Position numbers and translations under genes: made by a program. The notes under the pieces are model-generated. The model had not been told where the DNA came from. It searched no databases and saw nothing but the letters and a program-made list of their open reading frames with translations. Shown here piece by piece: positions 9,412-19,880 of a stretch of DNA of 64,000 nt. The DNA lies in NCBI GenBank assembly GCA_964645645.1, contig CAZYBC010000001.1:6064-70063 (forward strand), read 5' to 3'. This DNA comes from an uncultured Pseudomonadales bacterium (GTDB taxonomy: Bacteria; Patescibacteriota; Microgenomatia; UBA1400; PJMF01). Numbering within the stretch: the first letter of the stretch is position 1; each line of letters begins with the position of its first letter.

Positions 9412-10635
9412 TTAAACCTTAAACTGCCCATTTTGATAAATAATTTTTTCACTGCCATCGGCCAAAATAGCGGTGACTGTACGATCAGTGGTTTGAACAA
9501 TGTCAGTGTGTTCGGCTGAATCATTAAAACCTAATTTGGCCCAGGTTCTTTTGCTTACTTGGCTTGCATCGCCACGATAACAGTCATGATATGACATCCC
9601 AATCGCTAAGTGCATATTGCCAAATTTACCACCCATATTTTCATCAAATAAGGTTTCAGCCATTGGATGAGTAATCCGGCTCATCCGGCCATCGGTCAAG
9701 CTAAACTCACCTAATTTATTAGCATTGGGCGTTTTTAACATCGCTTGTAAAAATTGATCGCCTTTTTTAGCCTGAGCCTTAACGACCACACCTTCTTCAA
9801 AAACTAAATCAATATCTTCAATCAAATTGCCATAACGATACAGTGGTTCATTAAAATGGATATGACCTTCTGTACCACGCCAATCTGGTGACGTAAAAAT
9901 TTCAAAACTAGGAATATTCCGTCCACCGCCGCCATTCCAAACACGATCAGCCCCAATTTTTAACCAGATATCAGTGCCTTCACCAACCACATGAAGTTTG
10001 TCGATTTTTAAATCATTTAAAGTTTGCCGAATTTTATGTTGTTCTTGACTAATTGTTTGCCATTGAGCAATTGGATCAGCCACATCTAAATAACAGGCCA
10101 AAATAATTTGTTGCCAATATTCCTCTAAGCTCAAACCCACTTCCTTGGCCTTAGCCAAAGTGGCCCACATGGCAATCGTCCAGGTAAATTTACCCTCATT
10201 TTCTTTTTTGGTCAGCCAATCACGATAGGCTTTTTTACTATTACGCGCTTGTAAAATACGATTGGGATCAACGTCTTTTAATTCAAAAGGATCAACCTCA
10301 GCAATAATAACAATTTGATGATCAATTAAATTGGCTTTAGCTTGAAGATATTTTTTAGGAAAAAAAGTTAATTGATCATTATCAGCAAAATCATAAAAAT
10401 CTTTATCAAACTGAGTTGGTAAAAGTTGCAAAATAGGATGAGCGCCGGCTCTTAAAACCTCCTTGTGTAATTCTTTAGCTAAAGGCTTAGCTACATCTGG
10501 GACCACAATATTAACCACTTCTTTTGGCTTTACCCCAGCTCCAGAATTAAGCGCATAATTAACCAACACTTTAGCATATTGATTTAAAATTTCAGCTGAA
10601 GGTTGGTAATTTGTAGAATTTTGCGTAATAGACAT
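9412..10635 (-). CDS. Aminopeptidase, M29 family
   Basis: NIPSFEIFTSP, LGEFSL, LFDEN, HLAIG, NDSAEHTD. Confidence 0.92.
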   Translation of the reverse strand: MSITQNSTNYQPSAEILNQYAKVLVNYALNSGAGVKPKEVVNIVVPDVAKPLAKELHKEVLRAGAHPILQLLPTQFDKDFYDFADNDQLTFFPKKYLQAKANLIDHQIVIIAEVDPFELKDVDPNRILQARNSKKAYRDWLTKKENEGKFTWTIAMWATLAKAKEVGLSLEEYWQQIILACYLDVADPIAQWQTISQEQHKIRQTLNDLKIDKLHVVGEGTDIWLKIGADRVWNGGGGRNIPSFEIFTSPDWRGTEGHIHFNEPLYRYGNLIEDIDLVFEEGVVVKAQAKKGDQFLQAMLKTPNANKLGEFSLTDGRMSRITHPMAETLFDENMGGKFGNMHLAIGMSYHDCYRGDASQVSKRTWAKLGFNDSAEHTDIVQTTDRTVTAILADGSEKIIYQNGQFKV

Positions 10636-10697
10636 AAATATTTTCTAAAACCGACTTGGGCTAGCCAGCCGATTGATTTATAAATATAATCAACTTT

Positions 10698-11306
10698 ATG
10701 CAAGAACCAATTATTTATCAGCCTACCTCAGAATTACAACTTAGCCAACATATTTTTCGCACTCCCATTGACGGGCTTTATTATATAACGATTGACAAAA
10801 AAAATGACGAACGGGGTTTTTTTAGCCAAATTATTGAATTACAAGAATTAGAAGCAATTATTGGTCAACCTTTTACAGTAAAACAATTTAACTATTCTAA
10901 AAGCCAAACTAATGTGGTGCGTGGTTTGCACGCTGAAGGTTGGAATAAATTAGTGACAGTCACTCACGGAACCGCTTTTAGCGCTTTGGCTGATATTAGA
11001 CCTCAGTCTGCTACTTTTAAACAAGTTGTTTATTTTAAATTAGGTTTTGACCTTAATCCTGATCTTGGCTTTGCTCTTTATATTAGCCAAGGCATCGCCA
11101 ATTCAATTTGTGCCTTAGAAGGGCCTGTAGAATATCTTTATTTAGTGGATAAACTGTATAGCGAACGCAGCCAAAAAGATAATGCGGCCCTATCAATTTT
11201 TGATCCAGAATTAAATATTCAATGGCCCATTGCCAAAGAACAAATGATCATCTCACAACGAGATACTCAACCTAAAAAATTAAGCGAAATGTTAGCGGAA
11301 AAATAA
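10698..11306 (+). CDS. rfbC: dTDP-4-dehydrorhamnose 3,5-epimerase family
   Basis: DERGFF, NVVRGLH, DIRPQSATF, DPELNIQWP. Confidence 0.88.
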   Translation: MQEPIIYQPTSELQLSQHIFRTPIDGLYYITIDKKNDERGFFSQIIELQELEAIIGQPFTVKQFNYSKSQTNVVRGLHAEGWNKLVTVTHGTAFSALADIRPQSATFKQVVYFKLGFDLNPDLGFALYISQGIANSICALEGPVEYLYLVDKLYSERSQKDNAALSIFDPELNIQWPIAKEQMIISQRDTQPKKLSEMLAEK

Positions 11307-11318
11307 CTTGATTGTTTT

Positions 11319-11885
11319 TTAGCTAAATTCTTCGTTGCTCTCCATGTCTTTTTCAATCAAATCTCTAAGATAAACAGAGCGAGGAATTTTTTTATTTTTA
11401 GCAATCCAATCTAAATAGTTTTGATGTCTAGGTGAAATGAAAAAGTTAAAACGAGTATCTTGTTGTTCAGCGGCATAATCAATAGCAGTGGAAAGCACTT
11501 CAATTAAATTAGCTTCTGAATATTCAATCAACTGTAATTTATCATTGACGATACCTTCTACAAAACTAGGACGAAAATCTTTTAAATAAAGAGCAATGAC
11601 TGGTTTATTAAGCTGTAAAGATCTTTCCATGATATAACCCATAGATAAACTATTCATGGAAACTTCAAGAACAATTAAATCAGCTTTTTTAATATATTCG
11701 ATAGTTTTTTTATAATGATCAACTCGACTTTCATGAGAACCATTATAAAACTTTTCTCGGTATTCAAGACTAGTTATTCCTCTTAAATGACTATGACCTA
11801 GTCTTTCAATCTCTTTATAAATGGCGTCGTAATATTTACCGAACTCTTTAATGCCTCGTCCGGATTGATCAAAATAAATTTTCAT
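11319..11885 (-). CDS. Nucleoside 2-deoxyribosyltransferase-like domain fused to C-terminal ribbon-helix-helix; putative regulator
   Basis: MKIYF...ADLIVLEVSMNSLSMGY...KPVIAL (NDT-like fold); C-terminal RFNFFISPRHQNYLDWIAKNKKIPRSVYLRDLIEK (RHH). Start reassigned to ATG 11885. Confidence 0.7.
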   Translation of the reverse strand: MKIYFDQSGRGIKEFGKYYDAIYKEIERLGHSHLRGITSLEYREKFYNGSHESRVDHYKKTIEYIKKADLIVLEVSMNSLSMGYIMERSLQLNKPVIALYLKDFRPSFVEGIVNDKLQLIEYSEANLIEVLSTAIDYAAEQQDTRFNFFISPRHQNYLDWIAKNKKIPRSVYLRDLIEKDMESNEEFS

Positions 11886-11939
11886 AATTAAAATTATATT
11901 ATATACCAACCGAGGCAAAGACTAAACCTTAAATTTATC

Positions 11940-11960
11940 AATTCTACAATTTGTAGAATT
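11940..11960. promoter_or_regulatory. Perfect palindromic operator candidate
   Basis: AATTCTACAA-T-TTGTAGAATT between the divergent NDT-RHH and ribA-like genes. Confidence 0.6.
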
Positions 11961-12046
11961 AATAATAATTTATTACTTTTGAAGCCTAGACTAAAAAATG
12001 TTATAATTTTTTACGAAAAAAATAACATTATTAAGATTATTTTATT

Positions 12047-12676
12047 ATGCGTACTAATTTTAAAAAAACCACTACTATCAATTTGGACACTCCTCATGGC
12101 AGATTTTTAGTTCATTTATATGAAGATCCTAGCTCTAAAGATAAAGATGATCCTTTTATTGTTAAACATCATCTAGCTTTAACTATGGGGGAAGTCAACA
12201 ATAAAGCAAATGTTTTAGTAAGAGTTCAATCTAAATGTTTATTAAATGAAACTTTTGGTGACTTAGAATGCGATTGTGGTCAACAATTGCATCATGCCAT
12301 GGAATTAATCGCTCAAAAAGGTGAAGGCATCATCGTCTACTTAATGCAGGATGGCAAAGGCATCGGCTTGGCTAATAAAATTAAAGCCATTAAAGTTTGT
12401 CAAGAAAAAGGGATGGATATGTATGATGCTTTTATTGATCTTGGCTTTAAACCTGATGAAAGAAGTTACGATGTCGTGGCTGATATTTTGGAAGACTTAG
12501 GGGTGCAATCTCCTATTCAATTAATGACCAATAGCCCAGATAAAATTCAACAATTAGCAGAATGTGGTATTCAAGCCAATCGCGTGGCTATTGAAATGCC
12601 AGTTACTGACTATAATCGTAAATCATTGACTTACAAAAAAAATAAAATGGGGCATTTACTCCACGAAATTATTTAG
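12047..12676 (+). CDS. ribA: GTP cyclohydrolase II-like protein with divergent active site
   Basis: RVQSKC...CDC Zn ligands, QDGKGIGL, DERSY, MTNSPDK, KMGH. Confidence 0.8.
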   Translation: MRTNFKKTTTINLDTPHGRFLVHLYEDPSSKDKDDPFIVKHHLALTMGEVNNKANVLVRVQSKCLLNETFGDLECDCGQQLHHAMELIAQKGEGIIVYLMQDGKGIGLANKIKAIKVCQEKGMDMYDAFIDLGFKPDERSYDVVADILEDLGVQSPIQLMTNSPDKIQQLAECGIQANRVAIEMPVTDYNRKSLTYKKNKMGHLLHEII

Positions 12677-15600
12677 TTGACTGGTTTAAAAACTCCAAAT
12701 TTCTAATTTCTGTCATAACTTGAATAATCAGCTCTTTTAATAAAGAGACATCTTCATCTTTTAATTCAAATTGAGCTTGCTTAATTTTATCAGTCTCTTT
12801 TTTAGCTTCCACAAATTCAAAAACTCCATATTTTACTGTCGGCAAAAATGATTTATCTAAATCAGCTAATAATTTATAAAACAATAGCTGGCGCTTATAC
12901 TGCCCTCTAATTTCTTCGGGTAAAGCTAATTCTCTGGCACTGTATTGATCAATGCCTACTTTGCCATCAATCTGATTAGCGGATTTTGCTGACCCAGTTT
13001 TATAATCAATAACTTTAACAATTTTTTTCTCTTCATCCACCCAATCAATTCTATCAATTCGGCCATTTAAACGAATATCGTTTAGCATCACGTTATGACC
13101 GCTTTTTCCAAAAGCACGTTCAATGAACATGGGCTGAGCAATGGGCTGAATTTGTTCGGTAAAATATTGATAATATTTATTTAACATCACTTGTCCATGT
13201 TTTAATCTTTTTTCTAATTCACTAGGGCTAAGAATTTCTTTTTTTAAAGCTTGTTCAAAATTAGCCAAAAAAGTTTCTACACTAATCGGTAATTCTTGAT
13301 TTAATAAAGGTCGATATAAACTTTCTAAAGCAGCATGGACCGCTGTCCCAAAAGCCATTACGGCTGGTTTAGATTTAGGAACTCGTAATAAAAAATTTTC
13401 TGTAAATTCTTGCGGATCACGTAAATAAGAATTTAAAGCTGTCACTGATAAAGAAAAATTTTTGACTAAATGGCTAAAAAAAGCTTGCTGATCTGCTTGA
13501 ACTGTCTCTGCCAAAACTTGCGAACTAACTGGTTGTAATAAAACTGGCAAAAATGATTCTGCTTGTTGTTCTATGGTTGGATTTTTTAATTCCTCAAAAT
13601 TAGTCAGTTCATGTAAAAACAAACTACTAATTTTGGCCTTACTCTGATTATTGCCCACTTCAATCAAACTTTTAGGATAGCTAATCATTAATTGTTTTTT
13701 GGCCCTAGTTAAAGCCACATAAAATAACCGTCGCTCATCATCATTTTTTTCTTTTAAATCGCCACTCGTAAAACTTAAAATTTTATCAGGCAAAGGAATA
13801 ATTTCTTTATTACTCTTATTACCCCATTTTTTATCCATCACTTGATATAAGAAAACATAATCCCATTCTCTACCTTTTGCTTTATGAACCGTGGCTAAAG
13901 TAACTCGATTATCAATAACATTAAAATCTTCGGCCTGAATAATCATTCCGTGTTCCTGCATCGTATCAATTGCTTGAATAAAATCAGCTAATTTAAAAGC
14001 CTGATTTTGATAAACTAAATTCTTAATCTGACTATAAAGTGCATTTAAAGACAACAATAAAAGAGTTTTTTGTTGATGCTGCAAAACCCAATCTAAATAG
14101 CCAGAATCTTTTAAAACTTGTTCAAACCATTGCGTAAAAGGTACTTGAAAATCAAGCTGACTCCATTGAGTTAATTTTTGCAAAACCTCAGCAACACTTT
14201 GCCATTCTGCCTTAGTGATTTGCAACTCTAGCTTTTTTTCTTCAATATTTAGCAAAGCTTGATCATAACCAGCTTCAATCAAATCATAAATACTGACATC
14301 TAACTTGCCAGCTAAACGACCTAACTTCATAATTAATAAACTATCTAAATGCAACCATTGATATTGTAAAAGTTGATAAAACAAGCCTTTTTCTTCAACA
14401 TTGCGAATAGCTAAAATAGTTTTAAATAAATGTAAAAGCTGGATTATTTCTTCATTAGTTAAAACATTATTGCCCCCATTCACTTCAAAAGGAATTTGCC
14501 ATTTGGCTAAAATATTAGCTAAATCAACCATATCCGCATTATCACGATAAAGGATAGCCACTTTATCAGCCTTTACGCCTTTAGCTAATAAAGTCTTAAC
14601 TTGATCAGCGACAAATAAAGCCTCTACCATTTGCGAAGGAGCGGCATAAAGTTGTACTTGCGTCTTAACTAAACTAACACTTTGCAAAGGTTCTTGAGAT
14701 TGCACTAAATCACTAATTTGTTTTTTAGCTTGAGAATCAATTTTATCTAAATTGACTAAATTATGGCTAATAAGTTGATGAGCTTGATTATAAATTTCTT
14801 GCGGACAACGATAACCTGTTTCTAAATAAACATGTTTAGCTTGAGGATAAAGATCAAAAAAACCCAACATATTTTCCACTGAAGCACCTTGAAACCGATA
14901 AATAGCTTGATGTGGATCACCCACTACACAAACATTAGCCTGATCCTGCCAATAATTAGCTAATAATTGCAAAATTTTATTTTGCGCATTATTAGTATCT
15001 TGATATTCATCTACCAAAAAATAATGAATGTTTTCTTGATAATCTCTTAATAAAATTTCATGTTGCTCAAAAGCTGATACCACAAAATTAATCATGTCAT
15101 CAAAATCAAATCTGTTTAATCGCTGCAAGTTTTGTTGATAAGAAGCATAAATTTGATAAAGCTCTTGGTTTTTAATTACCTTCTGGGTTTGTTTAGTAAT
15201 TTTAACTTTTTTACCTTTTGGATTAGCTTGTAATTCAGCCAAATAAGCTGATTCATCTTTGATTAATTGTTCATAAACTGCCAAACTAATTCCTTCTCGT
15301 TTTAAATCTGAAACCGCAGTAATAATCTTTTTTAAGAACATGTAAGGATCATTTAAGGGGCGTAATTTCAGTAAATCTAATTTATCAATAATTGTTCGAA
15401 ATAATTCATAGCGCTCTAAATCCGTAATTGCCTGACTATCATGAGCCAAAGAAAAATATTCTGGATTATCTTGAATAACTTCTTGAGCAAAACCATGAAA
15501 AGTGCTAATCCTAACGTAATAGGCAGCTTGACCAATCAGCTTAATCAAACGCTCCCGCATATTTTGAGCAGCGGATTGAGTAAAAGTTAAAGCCAAAATA

Positions 15601-15785
15601 GAACTAGGATTTGTATCAGTTTTTTTGAGAATATTAGCAATTCTCATGGTTAAAACTTGAGTTTTACCAGTCCCCGGACCAGCACTGACCAACATTGGCC
15701 CTTCAATTTGATCAACAGCCTTTTGCTGAGCAGGATTAAGTTGTTGATAATTTTGCTCAAATTCAGTTTGCAATTGTTTTAACAT
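12669..15785 (-). CDS. UvrD/PcrA-family helicase with C-terminal PD-(D/E)XK nuclease
   Basis: AGPGTGKT, VDEYQD, HKAKGREW, RRLFYVALTRA; C-terminal GRIDRID...IDYKTG. Confidence 0.93.
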   Translation of the reverse strand: MLKQLQTEFEQNYQQLNPAQQKAVDQIEGPMLVSAGPGTGKTQVLTMRIANILKKTDTNPSSILALTFTQSAAQNMRERLIKLIGQAAYYVRISTFHGFAQEVIQDNPEYFSLAHDSQAITDLERYELFRTIIDKLDLLKLRPLNDPYMFLKKIITAVSDLKREGISLAVYEQLIKDESAYLAELQANPKGKKVKITKQTQKVIKNQELYQIYASYQQNLQRLNRFDFDDMINFVVSAFEQHEILLRDYQENIHYFLVDEYQDTNNAQNKILQLLANYWQDQANVCVVGDPHQAIYRFQGASVENMLGFFDLYPQAKHVYLETGYRCPQEIYNQAHQLISHNLVNLDKIDSQAKKQISDLVQSQEPLQSVSLVKTQVQLYAAPSQMVEALFVADQVKTLLAKGVKADKVAILYRDNADMVDLANILAKWQIPFEVNGGNNVLTNEEIIQLLHLFKTILAIRNVEEKGLFYQLLQYQWLHLDSLLIMKLGRLAGKLDVSIYDLIEAGYDQALLNIEEKKLELQITKAEWQSVAEVLQKLTQWSQLDFQVPFTQWFEQVLKDSGYLDWVLQHQQKTLLLLSLNALYSQIKNLVYQNQAFKLADFIQAIDTMQEHGMIIQAEDFNVIDNRVTLATVHKAKGREWDYVFLYQVMDKKWGNKSNKEIIPLPDKILSFTSGDLKEKNDDERRLFYVALTRAKKQLMISYPKSLIEVGNNQSKAKISSLFLHELTNFEELKNPTIEQQAESFLPVLLQPVSSQVLAETVQADQQAFFSHLVKNFSLSVTALNSYLRDPQEFTENFLLRVPKSKPAVMAFGTAVHAALESLYRPLLNQELPISVETFLANFEQALKKEILSPSELEKRLKHGQVMLNKYYQYFTEQIQPIAQPMFIERAFGKSGHNVMLNDIRLNGRIDRIDWVDEEKKIVKVIDYKTGSAKSANQIDGKVGIDQYSARELALPEEIRGQYKRQLLFYKLLADLDKSFLPTVKYGVFEFVEAKKETDKIKQAQFELKDEDVSLLKELIIQVMTEIRNLEFLNQSTK

Positions 15786-15792
15786 AAAAATC

Positions 15793-16869
15793 TTAATCTA
15801 GACTTAATAAACCAGATTCTTTAAAAATCTGCGCTACTTCTGCAGAATTATTAGTTAACACCAAGCGAGATCTCAATTCAGCTGCACCAGCAATCCCTTT
15901 AATATACCAAGCTAAATGTTTGCGCATTGGTAAAAAACTATTTTTTTCATAACCGGCATTTAATTGTTCAAACAGTTGAGCATGCTCTAACGCCACCTTG
16001 GCTCTTTCTGCCACAGTTACTTGTTGACGAATAGCTTCTGGCTGAAAAACCCAAGGATTACCCCAACTGGCCCGACCAATCATCGCGCCATCTAAATGAT
16101 AGTCCGCTACTTTTGTCAAAGCTTCTTCTCTAGATTTTAGATCACCATTGCCAATAAATTTAATATTAGCTGACTGAACTAGCTGAGCGGCTTGACCAAT
16201 GGCTTCCCAATCAGCCATTCCAGTATAAGCTTGTTTGAAAGTTCTACCATGTAAAGTGATCACGGCTGGTTGTTTTTCTATCAACTTAGGCAACCATGTT
16301 TCCAAAATGTCTTTTTCATAACCAAGCCGAGTTTTAACACTAACGGGAATAGCTCGATGTTGTTGATATTGAGCTGGTAGCTGAGCTTGGACTCTTTCTA
16401 CCCAAATTCTCATTCTAGGTTTTAAATCTGGACAATCTGCCACAGTTTTACCATTGGCCCAATCACGCACGCCATCTTGAACAGCCTGAATAATTTCTTG
16501 AGCTAAATCTGGAGTTTTAATTAAACCAGCTCCTCCGCCATGACCAGCTACTTTGGGAGCAGGGCAACCCATATTAATATCTACTCCATCAAAACCAAGT
16601 TGGCAAACTAAAATAGTGGCTTGATAAAAACAAGCTGGAGTTTTACCAAATAACTGAGCCACTAACGGACGTTCCACTTCTTGATAATCAAAAGTTCTTA
16701 ATAAAGCCTTGGCACCACTGCACAAACCTTCCACATTCACAAATTCAGTAAACATTACCGCTGGCTGACCATATTTTTTACAAATTTGGCGAAAGCTATT
16801 ATCTGCCACTCCATCCATAGGCGCTAAAACAAGTAAAGGTTGAGGGCTTTGATACCAAGGTGTAATCAT
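15793..16869 (-). CDS. dus: tRNA-dihydrouridine synthase
   Basis: LAPMDG, DINMGCP, SVKTRLG, LHGRT, GNGD, MIGR. Confidence 0.93.
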   Translation of the reverse strand: MITPWYQSPQPLLVLAPMDGVADNSFRQICKKYGQPAVMFTEFVNVEGLCSGAKALLRTFDYQEVERPLVAQLFGKTPACFYQATILVCQLGFDGVDINMGCPAPKVAGHGGGAGLIKTPDLAQEIIQAVQDGVRDWANGKTVADCPDLKPRMRIWVERVQAQLPAQYQQHRAIPVSVKTRLGYEKDILETWLPKLIEKQPAVITLHGRTFKQAYTGMADWEAIGQAAQLVQSANIKFIGNGDLKSREEALTKVADYHLDGAMIGRASWGNPWVFQPEAIRQQVTVAERAKVALEHAQLFEQLNAGYEKNSFLPMRKHLAWYIKGIAGAAELRSRLVLTNNSAEVAQIFKESGLLSLD

Positions 16870-16879
16870 CTTATGCTAT

Positions 16880-16957
16880 TAGACTTACTGCGAAATAAAA
16901 TTTCGTAGCGAAAAATTGATATTTAAGAGCGAAAAGGTTTGTTTCGCAGTAAGTCTA
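16880..16957. repeat. Palindromic MITE/RPE-like element, internally deleted copy (78 bp)
   Basis: 16-bp terminal inverted repeats TAGACTTACTGCGAAA/TTTCGCAGTAAGTCTA; matches the left arm of 49169-49333. Confidence 0.88.
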
Positions 16958-16963
16958 TTATAA

Positions 16964-18859
16964 CTAATTCTGTAAATTTTCTGGCTTGAGAAATTCCTGT
17001 AGCTGATTAAAAGCCAAATCTGTCATCAAATTTTGGCCAGTTTTTAATAAAGCTAACAAATAATTTTGATATTGAGTTAAATTTGCTTCAGTTAAATGCT
17101 GCGCATAGCAAGCAATTTTATCCAAACGTTGATAAAAATAATATTTTTTTAACTTTTGAGTGAAAAAGAAATTTTTTAATACTCTCCGCCATAAAGATAA
17201 ATCTTGATCATTAGTTAACCAATCAGTAATCTGACAAGGATTTTCAGTTTCTGGATCTACCGGGAGAAAAGTGACTGAATTTAACTCCGCTGCTTGGGCT
17301 GGCTGATATGCTAAATTAAAAGCTAAATTTGCACCAAGCCCTTCAAAATTAAATTCTGATACTTGAGCCTGTTGATTATATAGAAAAGCTTGAAAAATAA
17401 AGTTCGCTGGCTGAGTAAAAGCTTCATCAAGCTGAAAAATTAATTGATAATTTCCGGCTAAAGGTTTAGCAAAATAATGATGATGATTAGGAGCAGGCTG
17501 AATTTCACCATCATTAGCTTGTATTTGATCAGCTAAAATAAACCCTGGTACTTCCAGCCCCCGCTCATCTAGCACTGTTAAATTATATTGGTGTGGATAA
17601 ACCAATACCCAATAACTCAAATCTGTTTGACTAGGAGTAAATATCCGAGCTGATTGTAAAGGGCGTTGATGTTGAGACAACAAATTATAATCATAAGCCG
17701 GGTCTTTAATTAATAAATCTTGAGTTTGATATTGATAACCATCAATTAAGAAAAAATGCCCACTAATTGCCCCAATCACTGGCTGAGCTTTTTTAATTTG
17801 ACTAATAATTTTTTGTAAATCAGTATTATTTTTTATATCTTGATAACTAAATTCTAATTTGGGTAAAAAGAATCTTTCATTTTTATTGCTATAAGCTAGA
17901 CTAATTTCCTTGGCCAACCGAGTTGCTGCTACCCAATTAAGAAAACCATCCACTGAATAGCCATCAGCTTGAGCCACTAACCATTGATTTAAAACTGCTG
18001 GAGTTAAATTTTCACCACTCCCTGGCATTTTATCAAGACCATAATGGCGCATTAACATCACTAAACTGGTTAATGCACAACCCCAACGACTAATGGTAGG
18101 AGCAGCACTAGACCAAGTAGTAGCTCGATCATAAGTATCATTGGCCCAACTAGAATTAGTTTGTTTTGAAATCGGAACATTGAGATCTAAACCATTTAAA
18201 AGAGTAACCTTAACTTTAAAAAATTGAATGATTGTTTTAGGCGATAAACCTGTACCAGCCTCCAACATAATTTTTCCTCCTGGTTGAAAAAAATTCCATC
18301 GATCATAAAAAGTAAAAAGCAATTGATTATTAAGCCAAATTTGATGGCATCCAGATTGAAAAATAATTTTTAGATAATAAGATTGTCCATTTATCAAACC
18401 AGTTGGCACTGTCACACTTTGGCGAACATCATAATCAACTTTATGAGTTAATTCAAAAAAATCATTTAACCAATGAATTGCATAATAATTACCATCATCA
18501 ATCCTGCCCCACACAAAATTACGATCAATACCTGATATTGGTTTAAACCAAATTTCATAAATATAGCCAGGCCAAAGATCATTCCAGTATTGGTCTTTAG
18601 GTAACAAACTTGTATGGCTAAACATCCCTATGACATTAGCTTGCACAAAAGGATTCAACCCATCTGAGCCTAGCTGCCACATCCCTAATTGACCAGTATT
18701 AATTTGCCATTTATTTAAACCTGAAGCAAAATCATCCTCAAAAACTACTTGGGCTGGCTGTAAATTAACTGCGCCAGCAAAAACTTGCTTGATCCAATAT
18801 TTACAGAAAAAAATTAGACCAAGTAATAAAATGAGTAAATTACGCAATAAAATTAACAT
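16964..18859 (-). CDS. Exported protein with lectin-like (ConA/LamG-like) domain and C39-like cysteine peptidase domain
   Basis: N-terminal signal/TM, FEDDF start of a beta-sandwich; Q...WGCALTS, GHFFLI, IKDP catalytic pattern. Confidence 0.7.
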   Translation of the reverse strand: MLILLRNLLILLLGLIFFCKYWIKQVFAGAVNLQPAQVVFEDDFASGLNKWQINTGQLGMWQLGSDGLNPFVQANVIGMFSHTSLLPKDQYWNDLWPGYIYEIWFKPISGIDRNFVWGRIDDGNYYAIHWLNDFFELTHKVDYDVRQSVTVPTGLINGQSYYLKIIFQSGCHQIWLNNQLLFTFYDRWNFFQPGGKIMLEAGTGLSPKTIIQFFKVKVTLLNGLDLNVPISKQTNSSWANDTYDRATTWSSAAPTISRWGCALTSLVMLMRHYGLDKMPGSGENLTPAVLNQWLVAQADGYSVDGFLNWVAATRLAKEISLAYSNKNERFFLPKLEFSYQDIKNNTDLQKIISQIKKAQPVIGAISGHFFLIDGYQYQTQDLLIKDPAYDYNLLSQHQRPLQSARIFTPSQTDLSYWVLVYPHQYNLTVLDERGLEVPGFILADQIQANDGEIQPAPNHHHYFAKPLAGNYQLIFQLDEAFTQPANFIFQAFLYNQQAQVSEFNFEGLGANLAFNLAYQPAQAAELNSVTFLPVDPETENPCQITDWLTNDQDLSLWRRVLKNFFFTQKLKKYYFYQRLDKIACYAQHLTEANLTQYQNYLLALLKTGQNLMTDLAFNQLQEFLKPENLQN

Positions 18860-18956
18860 TAAATCTTATTAAACTCAGTAAACTGACTTGCTAGCTGACA
18901 TTTCAACATCTGAACCTTTAAAGTTAGAAAAGTAAAAACCAGCTATAATAAAGCCA

Positions 18957-19880
18957 ATGACTACAGATGTAATTATCACTACCTATAACGAATCAGACAA
19001 TATTGTTGCCTTATTAAAACATCTCAAACGTCAACACACACCAGCTCAACAAATCATCATTGTGGATAATTGCTCACAAGATAAAACAGCACAATTAATT
19101 TTAGAATTTGCCCAAAAAAATCCTCAACTAAAGATTCAGTTAATCAGCCAAAAAACTACCCGCAGTCAAGCTAGAAATCTAGCTATCCAAAAATCACAAG
19201 CTGATTTAATTGCCATCACTGATGCTGGTTGCTTGCCTCATTCAGATTGGTTAACTAAATTAGTCAATTGCTATCAGCAACAAAGTAAAAAACTCAAAGA
19301 TAAAAATATTGTGATTGCTGGCTTTTACCAAGGTTTAGCTAAAACTGCTTTTGAACAGGCAGTTATTCCTTACGCTTTAGTAATGCCAGATCGCTTAAAT
19401 TTAACTACATTTTTACCAGCTACTCGTTCCCTGTTGTTGCCAAAAAAAGTTTGGCAAACTCTGGGCGGTTTTAATGAAAAGTTAAATTTCAGTGAAGATT
19501 ATGAATTTGCCCAAAGATTAGTTAAACAACAAATTAAAATTGTGGTTGAACCAACAGCTATTGTCGATTGGTTACCAAGAAAAAATTTCTTGCAATTTCT
19601 AAACATGATTTTTAATTTTGCCAAAAGTGATATGTTAGCTAAAACTTATCGACCAAAAGTGGCTTTAATTTTTTTACGTTATTTGCTGGGAATAGCTTTG
19701 TTTTTTTATCAACCTTATTTAGGGTTAACAGTAATTTTACTTTACTTAATGTGGGCCATTAAAAAAAATTATCGTTATGCCAAACAAGCTTGGTTTTATT
19801 TACCACTCTTACAAATCGGCGCTGATTGGGCAGTAATGAGCGGAACTATAACTGGAGGTGTAGAAAGTTGGCTGAAATGA
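18957..19880 (+). CDS. Glycosyltransferase family 2
   Basis: IITTYNE, IVDNCS, TDAG, GGFNE, SEDY; C-terminal TMs. Confidence 0.92.
   Translation: MTTDVIITTYNESDNIVALLKHLKRQHTPAQQIIIVDNCSQDKTAQLILEFAQKNPQLKIQLISQKTTRSQARNLAIQKSQADLIAITDAGCLPHSDWLTKLVNCYQQQSKKLKDKNIVIAGFYQGLAKTAFEQAVIPYALVMPDRLNLTTFLPATRSLLLPKKVWQTLGGFNEKLNFSEDYEFAQRLVKQQIKIVVEPTAIVDWLPRKNFLQFLNMIFNFAKSDMLAKTYRPKVALIFLRYLLGIALFFYQPYLGLTVILLYLMWAIKKNYRYAKQAWFYLPLLQIGADWAVMSGTITGGVESWLK

Noticed and set aside
11940-11960. Resemblance to a Cas12a repeat (AATTTCTAC...GTAGAT)
   Set aside because: Single copy, no spacers and no cas genes; better explained as an operator.
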